Shown one piece after another: positions 20,308 through 30,832 of a stretch of DNA of 64,000 nucleotides. Within the stretch, counting starts at the first letter, position 1; every line of letters begins with the position of its first letter. The DNA is from Candidatus Marinacidobacterales bacterium (GTDB lineage Bacteria > Acidobacteriota > Vicinamibacteria > Marinacidobacterales > SMYC01), in assembly GCA_965224085.1 (NCBI GenBank), contig CBDCYI010000011.1, positions 416,001 through 480,000 on the forward strand. Reading direction: 5' to 3'. Made by a program: the position numbers and the translations under genes. The notes beneath the pieces were generated by a model. That model was given only the letters and a program-made list of their open reading frames with translations. It was not told the origin of the DNA and ran no database searches.

Positions 20308-21302
20308 TGGCGACGGGTGGGCGACTTCTGTGGGCACTCTCTTTCTTCTTCGTGGTCGTCTGTGTCGTCACGCTCTTTGCGCTCTCGACGGGCTATCAAC
20401 ACATCGACTGGAGCGAGCTCCGGACGGACGAGACCACGCGGACGATCTTCTTTCGCCTCCGCGTTCCTCGGGTCGCGCTCGGGCTTCTCGTCGGCGGCTC
20501 GCTCGCCGGGGTCGGCGCCGCCCTGCAGGCGCTTTTCCGCAACCCTCTCGCGGAGCCCTTCACGCTCGGCGTTTCCGGAGGCGGGGCGCTCGGTGCGAGT
20601 ATCGCTATCGCACTCGGCCTCGGTGCAAGCGTTGCAGGGATTCCGCTGGTGTTTCTGTTTGCCTTTGCGGGAGCTTTGGCTTTCATCGCTATTGTGTACC
20701 GGCTCGCTTCCGCGGGGAGCATCGTCATGCCCGGCGCGCTCCTACTAGCGGGCGTCGTCTTGAACTTGATCGCCCTCGCCGGCGTCTTGATGATCCAATT
20801 CATGACCGATTACACGCGGGCGCTTCAGATTCTTCGTTGGATGGTCGGAAGCCTCGACGTTGTCGGCGCGGGTCTCGTGTGGCGCATGTTGATCTTTCTC
20901 GTGCCCGGACTCGCGTTCCTACTTTCGGTGACACGCGATCTTCATCTCATCGCGATGGACGAAGAGTCGGCCGCGGCGCTCGGCGTCGATGTACGTCGAA
21001 CGGAGCGCTTCGTTTACGTCGCGTCGTGTCTCATCGTCGGTGTGAGCGTCGCCGTCGCTGGGCCGATTGGCTTCGTCGGGCTCATCGTGCCTCATGTGGT
21101 ACGACTTCTGTTCGGCGAGGATCTGAGGATCGTAATCCCGTGCTCGATCTTGCTCGGCGCGGCCTTCCTCGTGCTCGCCGACACGCTGGCACGTACGCTC
21201 CTGGGAGCGAGCGAGCTTCCAGTCGGCGCGGTCACGGCTTTGATTGGTGGACCACTGTTTCTTTTGCTGTTGAGTCGTCGCCGACGCTATGCGGCGATTT
21301 AG
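20307..21302 (+). CDS. btuC: Cobalamin ABC transporter permease (FecCD family)
   Basis: LRVPR, QALFRNPLAEPFTLGVSGG, GPIGFVGLIVPH. Confidence 0.88.
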   Translation: MATGGRLLWALSFFFVVVCVVTLFALSTGYQHIDWSELRTDETTRTIFFRLRVPRVALGLLVGGSLAGVGAALQALFRNPLAEPFTLGVSGGGALGASIAIALGLGASVAGIPLVFLFAFAGALAFIAIVYRLASAGSIVMPGALLLAGVVLNLIALAGVLMIQFMTDYTRALQILRWMVGSLDVVGAGLVWRMLIFLVPGLAFLLSVTRDLHLIAMDEESAAALGVDVRRTERFVYVASCLIVGVSVAVAGPIGFVGLIVPHVVRLLFGEDLRIVIPCSILLGAAFLVLADTLARTLLGASELPVGAVTALIGGPLFLLLLSRRRRYAAI

Positions 21303-21318
21303 GATGAGGTAAGTGAAG

Positions 21319-21885
21319 ATGTCTATCGCAACCAAAACAGGTGACAAAGGACAAACGAGGCTCATTGGTGGAAGCCGAGTCTCGAAAGGGGACATGAGAG
21401 TCGAAGCCTACGGGACGCTCGACGAGCTTGGCTCGGCCATGGGTTTTGCACGATCGATCTGCCGTCACGAGAAAGTGGCGGAAGCCACGAAGCAGATCCA
21501 GAAGGAGCTTTTCACCGTGAGCGCGTCGCTCGCGAGCCCCGAGGACGACAAGAAGACGAATCGCGTGACGGAGGCGATGGTGGATGCGCTGACCCGCCAC
21601 GTCGAGGAGATCGAGGCCATCGATGGCATCCTCGGCGATTGGGTGCTTCCTGGGGAAGACACCGTCTCGGCGGCTTATGACGTCGCGCGTACTGTGTGCC
21701 GACGTGCGGAGCGGGTTGCGGTGCGGCTGCGCGACGAGGGTGTAGTGGTCGATCCGCTCGCGATCACGTACATCAACCGACTCTCCGATGTGCTTTGGCT
21801 TTTCGGACGCCTCGTCGAGAAAGAGAAAGGGATTGACGCAAAGCTTCGCGACGGAGAAGGCTCGAGTTGGACGAAAGCGTGGTAG
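21319..21885 (+). CDS. pduO: ATP:cob(I)alamin adenosyltransferase (PduO type)
   Basis: TKTGDKGQT, AYGTLDEL, RTVCRRAER, YINRLSD. Confidence 0.93.
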   Translation: MSIATKTGDKGQTRLIGGSRVSKGDMRVEAYGTLDELGSAMGFARSICRHEKVAEATKQIQKELFTVSASLASPEDDKKTNRVTEAMVDALTRHVEEIEAIDGILGDWVLPGEDTVSAAYDVARTVCRRAERVAVRLRDEGVVVDPLAITYINRLSDVLWLFGRLVEKEKGIDAKLRDGEGSSWTKAW

Positions 21886-22871
21886 AGCCTCCCGACGAGG
21901 GCTTTGCCGAGAGGGCGCGGGCGCGCGAGGAAAAGCTCACGAAGCCTCCGGGAAGTCTCGGCCGGCTCGAAGAGATCGCGATCCGCCTCGCGGCGATCCA
22001 GCGAACCGACACGCCGAAGACGCGGCCGCGGGCGATCGTTCTTTTCGCTGGCGATCACGGGGTGACCGAAGAGGGAGTGAGCCGTTATCCTTCTGAAGTC
22101 ACGGGACAGATGATCTTGAACTTCAACGCTGGCGGCGCGGCCATCAACGCTCTTTCGCGCGTGGCCGAGGCGGATCTTTCCGTCGTGGATGTCGGGACAC
22201 TTTCGAACCCCGCCGTTCGACGCGGCACACGCAATTTCGTGCGCGAGCCCGCTATGACCGAAGAGGAGGTGGATGCGGCTATTGAGGTTGGCAGGAGCGA
22301 AGTACGTCGGCTCGAAGGTGTACGAATCTTGGGGCTCGGCGAGATGGGCATCGGCAACACGACCGCGGCGAGTGCGATGACGGCCGCGCTTACGGGCCTT
22401 CCCGTCGCGGCCGTTACCGGGCGCGGCACGGGGGTGGACGGGCCTGGGCTTCGCCGTAAGGTGGACGTCATCGAGCGCGCGCTCTCGCTTCACAATCCGA
22501 AGACACCGCGCGCCATCCTGGCTTCAGTGGGCGGTCTCGAGATCGCGGCGCTCGTGGGCGTTTGTCTAGAGGCCGCGGAGGGCGGCGTTGCCATCCTCGT
22601 CGACGGTTTCATTACGACCGCTGCGTTCGCTGTCGCGTGCAAGCTCGAGCCCGCGGTCAAGGACTACGCATTTTTCTCTCACGTCTCCGTCGAGCCGGGC
22701 CACGAGGCACTGCATCAAATGATGGACGTCCGACCGCTTCTCGACCTCGAGCTTCGGCTCGGGGAAGGCACGGGCGCTGCACTGGCGATCCCCATTCTGG
22801 ACGGCGCTGTCGCGGCGCATAACGAGATGGCGACGTTCGAAAGCGCGAGCGTTTCCGATAAATCGCCGTGA
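21879..22871 (+). CDS. cobT: Nicotinate-nucleotide-dimethylbenzimidazole phosphoribosyltransferase
   Basis: LTKPPGSLGRLE, GDHGV, GEMGIGNTT, LRLGEGTGA. Confidence 0.95.
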   Translation: MVEPPDEGFAERARAREEKLTKPPGSLGRLEEIAIRLAAIQRTDTPKTRPRAIVLFAGDHGVTEEGVSRYPSEVTGQMILNFNAGGAAINALSRVAEADLSVVDVGTLSNPAVRRGTRNFVREPAMTEEEVDAAIEVGRSEVRRLEGVRILGLGEMGIGNTTAASAMTAALTGLPVAAVTGRGTGVDGPGLRRKVDVIERALSLHNPKTPRAILASVGGLEIAALVGVCLEAAEGGVAILVDGFITTAAFAVACKLEPAVKDYAFFSHVSVEPGHEALHQMMDVRPLLDLELRLGEGTGAALAIPILDGAVAAHNEMATFESASVSDKSP

Positions 22872-23566
22872 CTCGACTTCTCGCCGCCATCGCGTTTCTC
22901 ACCCGAGCTCCGATCCACCGGCCGTTCACGACCGAAGATGTCGGACGCGCTGCGATTTTCTTTCCTCTCGTGGGTGCTTCGATCGGGGCGGCTCAGCTCG
23001 GCTTGTGGAAGCTTCTCGATACGACCCTGCCGCCGCTTCCTCTCGCGGTCCTCGTCGTGTCTTTCTCCGCCTGGGCGACGCGAGGACTTCACTTGGATGG
23101 CCTCGCGGATTTCGTCGATGGGCTTGGCGGTGGCCGTACGCGTGAGGATGTGCTGCGCATCATGCAGGATTCCCGCATCGGCGCCTTCGGCTCTAGCGCG
23201 CTGGTGCTCGTTCTTTTCACTAAAGTCGCCGCGATCGAAGAGCCCGTGCCCTGGCAAGCGCTCGTCCTCGCGCCGGCCCTCAGTCGGTGGAGCGCCGTGC
23301 TCATGGGGTTCATGCTTCCCTACGCGCGGGAGAGCGCCGCGCCGTCGTCGCACTTTGGCAAACGTGAGCTCTTGGGCGCCACGGTGATGCTGGCCGCGGC
23401 CTGTTTTCTGGCACCGCGACTCGCCGCGAGGATGTGGGCTGGTGTTTTGGTCGTGAGCTTGATCGTTGGGGCCATCGCCCGTCGCCGTATCGGAGGCGTC
23501 ACCGGCGATGTGATAGGCGCCAATCTCGAGCTCGCAGAAGCCGCCGCGCTCCTGGTCGCTGTGTGA
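22868..23566 (+). CDS. cobS: Adenosylcobinamide-GDP ribazoletransferase
   Basis: FLTR, GLHLDGLADFVDG, IMQDSRIGAFG, GGVTGDVIG. Confidence 0.95.
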   Translation: MTRLLAAIAFLTRAPIHRPFTTEDVGRAAIFFPLVGASIGAAQLGLWKLLDTTLPPLPLAVLVVSFSAWATRGLHLDGLADFVDGLGGGRTREDVLRIMQDSRIGAFGSSALVLVLFTKVAAIEEPVPWQALVLAPALSRWSAVLMGFMLPYARESAAPSSHFGKRELLGATVMLAAACFLAPRLAARMWAGVLVVSLIVGAIARRRIGGVTGDVIGANLELAEAAALLVAV

Positions 23567-24191
23567 TCGCGAGCTGGGATCGACCCGAAGGTGCAAGGCT
23601 GCGGCTGGTGCTTATCCGCCACGGCGAGCCAGAAGCGTCCGCGCGCGGGCGTTGCTACGGAAAGCTCGACATAGGACTTTCGGCAAATGGCCGCGCTCAG
23701 ATGGCGCGGCTCGGCGAAGCTCTTGCGTCTGCGTCGATCGATACTTTCTATGCGAGCCCGAGGTGCCGAGCGCTCGACAGCGTCGAAGGACTCATCGAAA
23801 GACTCAGGGGGAAGCCCATCGTCGAACCGCGACTGGCAGAGATCGATTTCGGGGAGCTCGAGGGAATGACCTACGACGAAGCCGCCGAGCGCTTTCCTCG
23901 AGCCTACGAGGAATGGATGCGCGCGCCGACCGAGGTACACTTCCCCGGGGCGAGAGTTTCATACAGATGAGGCAACGGGTGCTTCAAGCCGTTTCGGAGA
24001 TTCGTGAGGCCCGGAAGGAGCAAACAGTGGCGATCGTTTCGCATGGCGGCGTCAACCGCATCGTGCTCGCGCAGGCCCTCGGCGTCGAATCGCGTATGAT
24101 TTTTCGGATGGAACAATCCTATGCGGGCGTCAGCGTGATCGACGAGCTCGATGGCGATTGCGTCGTGCGGGTCTTGAACGCTCAATGTTGA
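23563..24191 (+). CDS. cobC: Alpha-ribazole phosphatase (histidine phosphatase), split by a 1-nt frameshift near 23947-23951
   Basis: LIRHGE...EIDFGELEG...HFPG in one frame; GESF...VSHGGVNR in the next; the shift lies in a G-run. Confidence 0.85.
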
Positions 24192-24712
24192 CGTTCGTCC
24201 TCGGCGGCGCGCGAAGCGGCAAGAGCCGCTACGCGCAAACACTCGCAGGCGTTGCGCCTTCGGTCGTGTACATCGCCACGGCGTCGGCCGGCGACGATCC
24301 TGAGATGAAGCGCCGCATCGCGCGTCACCGAGCCGAGCGCCCGCCGCACTTTCGAACGATAGAGGCGCCGGTAGAGCTCGTCGAAGCGGTCGAAGCTGTG
24401 AAGGACGGAGTCATCCTCGTGGACTGCATGACCCTCTGGCTTTCCAATCTCAGCTATCGCCACCGCGCGCTTCGCCCCGAAGCCCGGGAGTCTCGAATCC
24501 TCGGCGCCGTGTCGGCGTTCATCGAGGCCGCATGCCAGCGCGAGGGAAAGATCATTGTCGTGAGCAACGAGGTTGGTGAGGGTGTGGTCCCGGACTCCTC
24601 CGTCGCGCGATATTTTCGAGACCTTCAAGGCCTAGCCAATCAAGCCGTGGCGCGCGAAGCGGACCGCGTCGTCTTGATGGTGGCCGGTATCCCGCTAACG
24701 CTGAAAGGTTAG
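24185..24712 (+). CDS. cobU: Adenosylcobinamide kinase/guanylyltransferase
   Basis: GGARSGKSRYA, YIATA, RIARHRAER, DCMTLWLSN, VSNEVG. Confidence 0.95.
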   Translation: MLTFVLGGARSGKSRYAQTLAGVAPSVVYIATASAGDDPEMKRRIARHRAERPPHFRTIEAPVELVEAVEAVKDGVILVDCMTLWLSNLSYRHRALRPEARESRILGAVSAFIEAACQREGKIIVVSNEVGEGVVPDSSVARYFRDLQGLANQAVAREADRVVLMVAGIPLTLKG

Positions 24713-24787
24713 CGCACTAGCACGCAGCTGAAGCTGTCCTCTCTCGACGCACTTTGTCGTGCCCTAGAGTTGCGCGCCGCGAAAATA

Positions 24788-26335
24788 CTAGTCATCTTTG
24801 AAGGCCTCGTCGATCCCGTCCGGATCGAGCTCGAGCTCCTGGGTGTGCGGTGCTTTAGGGACCTTCGCCGTCTCGACCGGCGGCTGGGCCGCGAAGGATT
24901 CCAAGAATCCTGCTTCGAGCGGAGCGGGCTCGGCCTCCATGCCAGTCAAAGAATGTTTCGTTTCGCCGAGCTTTGAGACCGGTGTCCGCACGGACACGTG
25001 CGTTGTCACCTCGGCCGGCATTCGCGCTTTCGTCGTCACCGGATCCGTCGCGAGTGCTTCGAATCCTGAGGGAGCGGCGGTAGGTGCCGATGACGTGGGG
25101 GTGGCCGGCATCTGAAAGAACGGAGTGTCGTTCCTGTCGTCGTGAGCCTGTGGTGGCACGGGCGTGGGAGTCCCGCCTTCGAGGATCGTCTCCATGATCT
25201 CACCGGTCGACGGCGGCGGAGCCGGCGCTTCCACCATATGTTGGGTCTGGTTCGGTGGCGGTGTCGACAGCGGCGGCTCGACGGCGAGCTGGGTTTGGTC
25301 GGGGCGCGCCGGTGTTGGCGGCTCGACGGCGAGCTGGGTCTGGTCAGACTGTATCGTCGTCGGCATCGAGGGCGGCGGCTCGTTCGCGAGCTGCGTCTGT
25401 GCGTCCTTATTCGCCGGTTCGTGGGCCGAGCTGTCTTGCTCAATCTCGAGCTCCACGAGCTCCGTCGCGCGCACGGCGGCCTTCGCTTCGCGCCGGAGAG
25501 ACGCGCGCGTCGGTCTATCCGCTTCGACGGGGAGTGCGGTGATGACCGGCTCCGGAGGAGTCGTCATCGGTATGGCGTAATCCGTCAACGCCTGCTCGGT
25601 CACGTCGACGAGCTCGATCCACGAAAGACTTCGAAAGGCCCAGAGGTAGCGGCATGCTTCGAAATCGGGAAGGGTCGCGCGCGTGCAAATCTCCTCGAGC
25701 GACACCGGTTCTTCCATCATGTCAAGCAGCTCGCGCACGCGCGCGTCGAGCTTCATGCGGCTCCACTCGGCGGCCTTGGTATCGGACCGCCGGTAGACCG
25801 AGTCGAGGTTCCCGACGCCTTTCGATATCCGTCTCCAGCTCTCTACGTAGCGGACCCCTTCGAGGATGATCCGCGCGACCGGGAGATCGAGGGTTACGGA
25901 TTGAGACGGCGGCAGCTCCATCTCTTTGAACTTGTACCAGGTTTCCGTTCGGCGGAACAGTCCGAGCAGGATCCCTCTTACTTGTCCGACCACCGCCGGC
26001 ACGAGATCTTGTGACGCAAGGGTTTTTTCTTCGACGAGGATCTTCCCGAACCTTTTGCCGGGCCGTATTTTCTTCGCGACCCGCGTGTAGTCCATGAGAG
26101 AAATCTTGCCGGTGCGCAGCAGGAATTGTCCGAGACCGTCATCCTGCGACGATGATTCTGCAAAGACGATCTTCCCGTTCTTGAAGTGGAGGGTCTTATC
26201 ACTCTCGGGATTCGAGAATTGCAGCGTCCCTGTCTTGGCGGATCGGCCGATGAACAGGAGAAGGTCGGGTAGGTCGTGTTCGTCGTTCCAGCAGTTGAGT
26301 ACTCCCTCGAAAGGGATCGGTGCACCTTGGGGCAT
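24788..26335 (-). CDS. DUF4388 (PATAN-like) domain protein with Pro/Thr-rich repeat tail
   Basis: LPDLL...KTGTL...LHFKNGKIVFAES...LGQFLLRTGKI; tail repeats QTQLAVEPP. Confidence 0.75.
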   Translation of the reverse strand: MPQGAPIPFEGVLNCWNDEHDLPDLLLFIGRSAKTGTLQFSNPESDKTLHFKNGKIVFAESSSQDDGLGQFLLRTGKISLMDYTRVAKKIRPGKRFGKILVEEKTLASQDLVPAVVGQVRGILLGLFRRTETWYKFKEMELPPSQSVTLDLPVARIILEGVRYVESWRRISKGVGNLDSVYRRSDTKAAEWSRMKLDARVRELLDMMEEPVSLEEICTRATLPDFEACRYLWAFRSLSWIELVDVTEQALTDYAIPMTTPPEPVITALPVEADRPTRASLRREAKAAVRATELVELEIEQDSSAHEPANKDAQTQLANEPPPSMPTTIQSDQTQLAVEPPTPARPDQTQLAVEPPLSTPPPNQTQHMVEAPAPPPSTGEIMETILEGGTPTPVPPQAHDDRNDTPFFQMPATPTSSAPTAAPSGFEALATDPVTTKARMPAEVTTHVSVRTPVSKLGETKHSLTGMEAEPAPLEAGFLESFAAQPPVETAKVPKAPHTQELELDPDGIDEAFKDD

Positions 26336-26452
26336 GGATACTCTCGCTCAAACAGCTCGAATGGTTGGAGTTTGGATCGTACCCATCCATTATACGGTAC
26401 CGAAATGTAGTCGGAAATACTTGTAACCAATTGAAATTACGCGGGTTATTGA

Positions 26453-28357
26453 CTAGGAGACGCCCAGGATCTCATTGAGATTCATCGGTAAACGGATGGT
26501 GAAGCGCGTACCTTCACCGAGGGTGCTTTCCGCGGTAATCGTGCCGTGATGGTCTTGAATGATCTGGTAACAGATGGAGAGGCCCAACCCGGTCCCGACG
26601 CCAACGCCTTTCGTGGTGAATCCGGGATCGAAGACTTTGGCGAGGTTTTCGGGGGCGATGCCGGCGCCGTCATCTTGAATCGCGACGGTAACCCAGTCGC
26701 CTTCGACAGCCGTTCGGATCGTGATGGTGCCCGCGTCTGAAATCGCCTGGCGCGCGTTGTTCAGAAGATTCAAGATGACTTGATTCAGCCGGCTCGGATA
26801 GACCGAGATTTCGGGGAGCTCGCCATAGTCCCTCACGATCTCGATGTGGTGCTTGATCTGATGATGGACGAGCGTCAGCGTGTCCTCGAGCCCGTCGTGG
26901 ATGTCGACGTTCTTGAGCTCGGCCTCGTCGAGACGCGCGAAGCTCCGCAGCCGCCGGACGATCTCTCCCACGCGCGTGGCGCCGGAGTTGATGACCTGAT
27001 TCGCGTCGTTGATGACGCCGAAAATCTTTACGAGCTTCTTGTCGTCTGCGAACAGCCCGGGGTTGCTCGTCTCGAGATGTTCCTTTAACTTCTCGACCCC
27101 TCGCACGAGTGTGTCGTGCATGCTCGTCATCGCTCCAACGGGTGTGTTGATCTCATGAGCAATGCCGGCTACGAGGCTTCCGAGAGATGCCATCTTCTCC
27201 GACTGAACGAGCTGCGCCTGCATGTCACGTAGCTCTTGGTTGGCCTCCGCGAGCTCACTCATCGCGCGCTTGATCTCGGTGATGTCGCGGCCCATCCCCA
27301 CGTAGAGCGCGAGCTCCCCCGTGGCGTCATGAATGGGAAAGATAGAGATATCGATAGGGACGCTGGTGCCGTCCTTGGTAACGCCTCTCGCTTCGCCGCG
27401 GTAGCGTCCGGTGTTGGCGATCGCTTCTTTGATGTTCGAGGTCTCGCCCGGCTCGAGCAAATCGAACACCGTTTTGCCGGCGACGTCCTCGTCGGTCCAA
27501 CCCGTGCGCTGCTCGTGCGCGGGGTTGCGCTCGACGATGTGACCCTCCTTGTCGATGATGGTGATGACGTCTACCGAGTGCATGAAGACTTCGCGGTAGA
27601 TCTGGAGCTTCTCCTCCATCTCCTTCCGGCGCGTGATGTCTAGAAAGCCTCCTAGCACGACCGCCTCGCCGCCGATCTCGGTCTCCGCAAGGGAGAAGAC
27701 CATCCACATGAGGCTCCCGTCGGCGCGCCGGACTTGCACTTCGAGGCCTTTGGCGAAGCCGTCCTTCTCGAGGCGCGCGATGACCTCGTCGCGCTCGCCC
27801 GCGTTGTAGTAGAACTCGGTCGACGAGCGTCCCTTCATGTCTTCGGGACGCATACCGACGGCGTCCGCAAGATGGCGGTTCGCATAGAGAATCTCGCCGT
27901 CCGATTTCCGGGTGATGATGTAAGGAACGGGCGCTGACTCGACGAGACGGGTGAGCTGCTCTTCAGCTTGGCGCTGCCAGCGCCGAAGCTTTGCGAACTC
28001 GAGAGCTTGGTGGATCGTGATCTCCATCTCGTTCACGCTGACCGGCTTGACGAGAAACCGTTGCGCTCCCTGCATGACTGCTTGTACGGCAAGCGGAACG
28101 GAAGGATGTGCCGTCAGAAGAACGAACGGAAGATCGGGATCCAGTTTTTGAACGTGCTCGAGAACGGCAAGCCCGTTCATCTCGGGCATGTTGAGATCGC
28201 AGAGCACGAGCGCGGGCTTGTCGGAAGCGAGAAGCTCGAGTCCTGCCTTACCGGAGGAGGCGGCCGCAACAGAGAAGCCTCTTTCCTCGAGGCTCGCGGC
28301 CATCTTCTGGCGTTGCTCTAGGTCGTCCTCGATATAGAGCAGCTTGACGTCGGCCAT
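26453..28357 (-). CDS. Hybrid histidine kinase: REC-PAS-PAS-HisKA-HATPase
   Basis: YIEDD, CDLNMPEMNG, KP; two PAS/PAC-like segments; AHEINTP, NLLNNA, DDGAGI, FTTK, GTGLGL. Confidence 0.93.
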   Translation of the reverse strand: MADVKLLYIEDDLEQRQKMAASLEERGFSVAAASSGKAGLELLASDKPALVLCDLNMPEMNGLAVLEHVQKLDPDLPFVLLTAHPSVPLAVQAVMQGAQRFLVKPVSVNEMEITIHQALEFAKLRRWQRQAEEQLTRLVESAPVPYIITRKSDGEILYANRHLADAVGMRPEDMKGRSSTEFYYNAGERDEVIARLEKDGFAKGLEVQVRRADGSLMWMVFSLAETEIGGEAVVLGGFLDITRRKEMEEKLQIYREVFMHSVDVITIIDKEGHIVERNPAHEQRTGWTDEDVAGKTVFDLLEPGETSNIKEAIANTGRYRGEARGVTKDGTSVPIDISIFPIHDATGELALYVGMGRDITEIKRAMSELAEANQELRDMQAQLVQSEKMASLGSLVAGIAHEINTPVGAMTSMHDTLVRGVEKLKEHLETSNPGLFADDKKLVKIFGVINDANQVINSGATRVGEIVRRLRSFARLDEAELKNVDIHDGLEDTLTLVHHQIKHHIEIVRDYGELPEISVYPSRLNQVILNLLNNARQAISDAGTITIRTAVEGDWVTVAIQDDGAGIAPENLAKVFDPGFTTKGVGVGTGLGLSICYQIIQDHHGTITAESTLGEGTRFTIRLPMNLNEILGVS

Positions 28358-28386
28358 CGCGCGATGGGCGTTCGTGAGTCCTGAAG

Positions 28387-29397
<1,011 letters not shown>

Positions 29398-29581
29398 CTA
29401 CTCCTAATCGAGGATTCCTCCGGCCCGCGTCCTGCCCCACGCCAATTAAAACACGCCTATCGAGAAACTCCCAGCGAGTGAGCGAGAGTATAGGTCGCGA
29501 CCCGCGAAGCTGTCAACACGTCGGCGCATGCCGTAACTTGCTTGTTTTCAGTTGATTCCGTATAGTCCTCTCCGACCTTTG

Positions 29582-30832
29582 ATGTATCATCTTTATAGCG
29601 TCCTTTTCTCGGGGCTCCTCGTGATTAGCCTCCCGTATTTGCTGTATCGGAGCCTTTGCGAAAAAGGCTACGCGCGAAGTCTTCGCGAGCGCTTTGGAAT
29701 CACTGAGCTCGGGGCGCCGAAAGAGCCTTCGATTTGGATCCACGCGGTCTCGGTGGGCGAGGTGCTGGCGGCCGCGACCCTGCTACCGTCGCTAAAAAAG
29801 GCGTTTCCCGACACGCCAGTCGTTGTATCGGTCATCACGGTCACCGGACGCCAAGTCGCTGCCGACAAGCTCGCGGGCGTGGACGTCGTCTTCTACTGCC
29901 CGTTCGACCTCGCGTTTCTCGTGCGCCGCGTCGTCAAAAAGATGCGCCCGCGCGCCCTCGTCGTCATGGAGACCGAGCTTTGGCCGCATTTGCTCCGCGA
30001 GGTGCGTCGGGCTGGGGCGGTCGCGATGGTCGCGAACGGCCGCATCTCCGATGGATCTTTCCCGCGCTATCAGGCCATCGCCGGTGTCATGAAGCACTAT
30101 CTCGAGCAGGTGGACGTCTTCTGCATGCAGGACGAGCTCTACGCCGAACGCATCGCAGCACTCGGCGCGCCCGCCGGCAAGATCAAACTGACGGGAAGCT
30201 TGAAGTTCGACGGACTACCCCAAGCGTCGCCCTACTACGGTCGCGTCTTTCCCGAAGGGCGGCGGGTTCTCGTGGGAGGGAGCACGCTAGCCGGCGAAGA
30301 GGCGGCGCTGCTTTCCATTTTCACATCCCTTCGAAAGGACTATCCCGATCTCTTCCTCGTGATCGCACCGCGCCATGCTCCGCGCTTCGACGAAGTCTAC
30401 GAGCTCGCTCGTGGTCGCGACGTGCGTGTCTCTCGCCGTTCATCGCCGGCGGCCATGCCGGCCGATACCGACGTGCTGATTCTCGATACGCTCGGAGAGC
30501 TCGCCTCACTCTACCGAGAAGCCGACTATGTTTTTGTCGGGGGGAGCCTCGCTGACCAGGGAGGCCACAACATCATCGAGCCCGCGTCCGACGGCAAGCC
30601 GGTTTTGTTCGGACCGCATATGCAAAATTTCGCCGACATCGCGCGCTCGTTTCTCGAAGCGGAGGCGGTCGTCCAGGTCGAAGACGCTGGGGCGCTCGAG
30701 GCCGCGCTTCGAGAGTTGATCGAAAGCCCCGATAAAGGACGCACCCTCGGCGAGCGTGCACGGCGCGTCGTCGAAGAAAAACGTGGTGCCTCCGAGCGCA
30801 CAACCGCCGTCTTGAAAGAGCTCCTCGCATGA
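29582..30832 (+). CDS. waaA: Kdo transferase
   Basis: IWIHAVSVGE, ETELWP, NGRIS, APRH, GGHNIIEP. Confidence 0.95.
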   Translation: MYHLYSVLFSGLLVISLPYLLYRSLCEKGYARSLRERFGITELGAPKEPSIWIHAVSVGEVLAAATLLPSLKKAFPDTPVVVSVITVTGRQVAADKLAGVDVVFYCPFDLAFLVRRVVKKMRPRALVVMETELWPHLLREVRRAGAVAMVANGRISDGSFPRYQAIAGVMKHYLEQVDVFCMQDELYAERIAALGAPAGKIKLTGSLKFDGLPQASPYYGRVFPEGRRVLVGGSTLAGEEAALLSIFTSLRKDYPDLFLVIAPRHAPRFDEVYELARGRDVRVSRRSSPAAMPADTDVLILDTLGELASLYREADYVFVGGSLADQGGHNIIEPASDGKPVLFGPHMQNFADIARSFLEAEAVVQVEDAGALEAALRELIESPDKGRTLGERARRVVEEKRGASERTTAVLKELLA

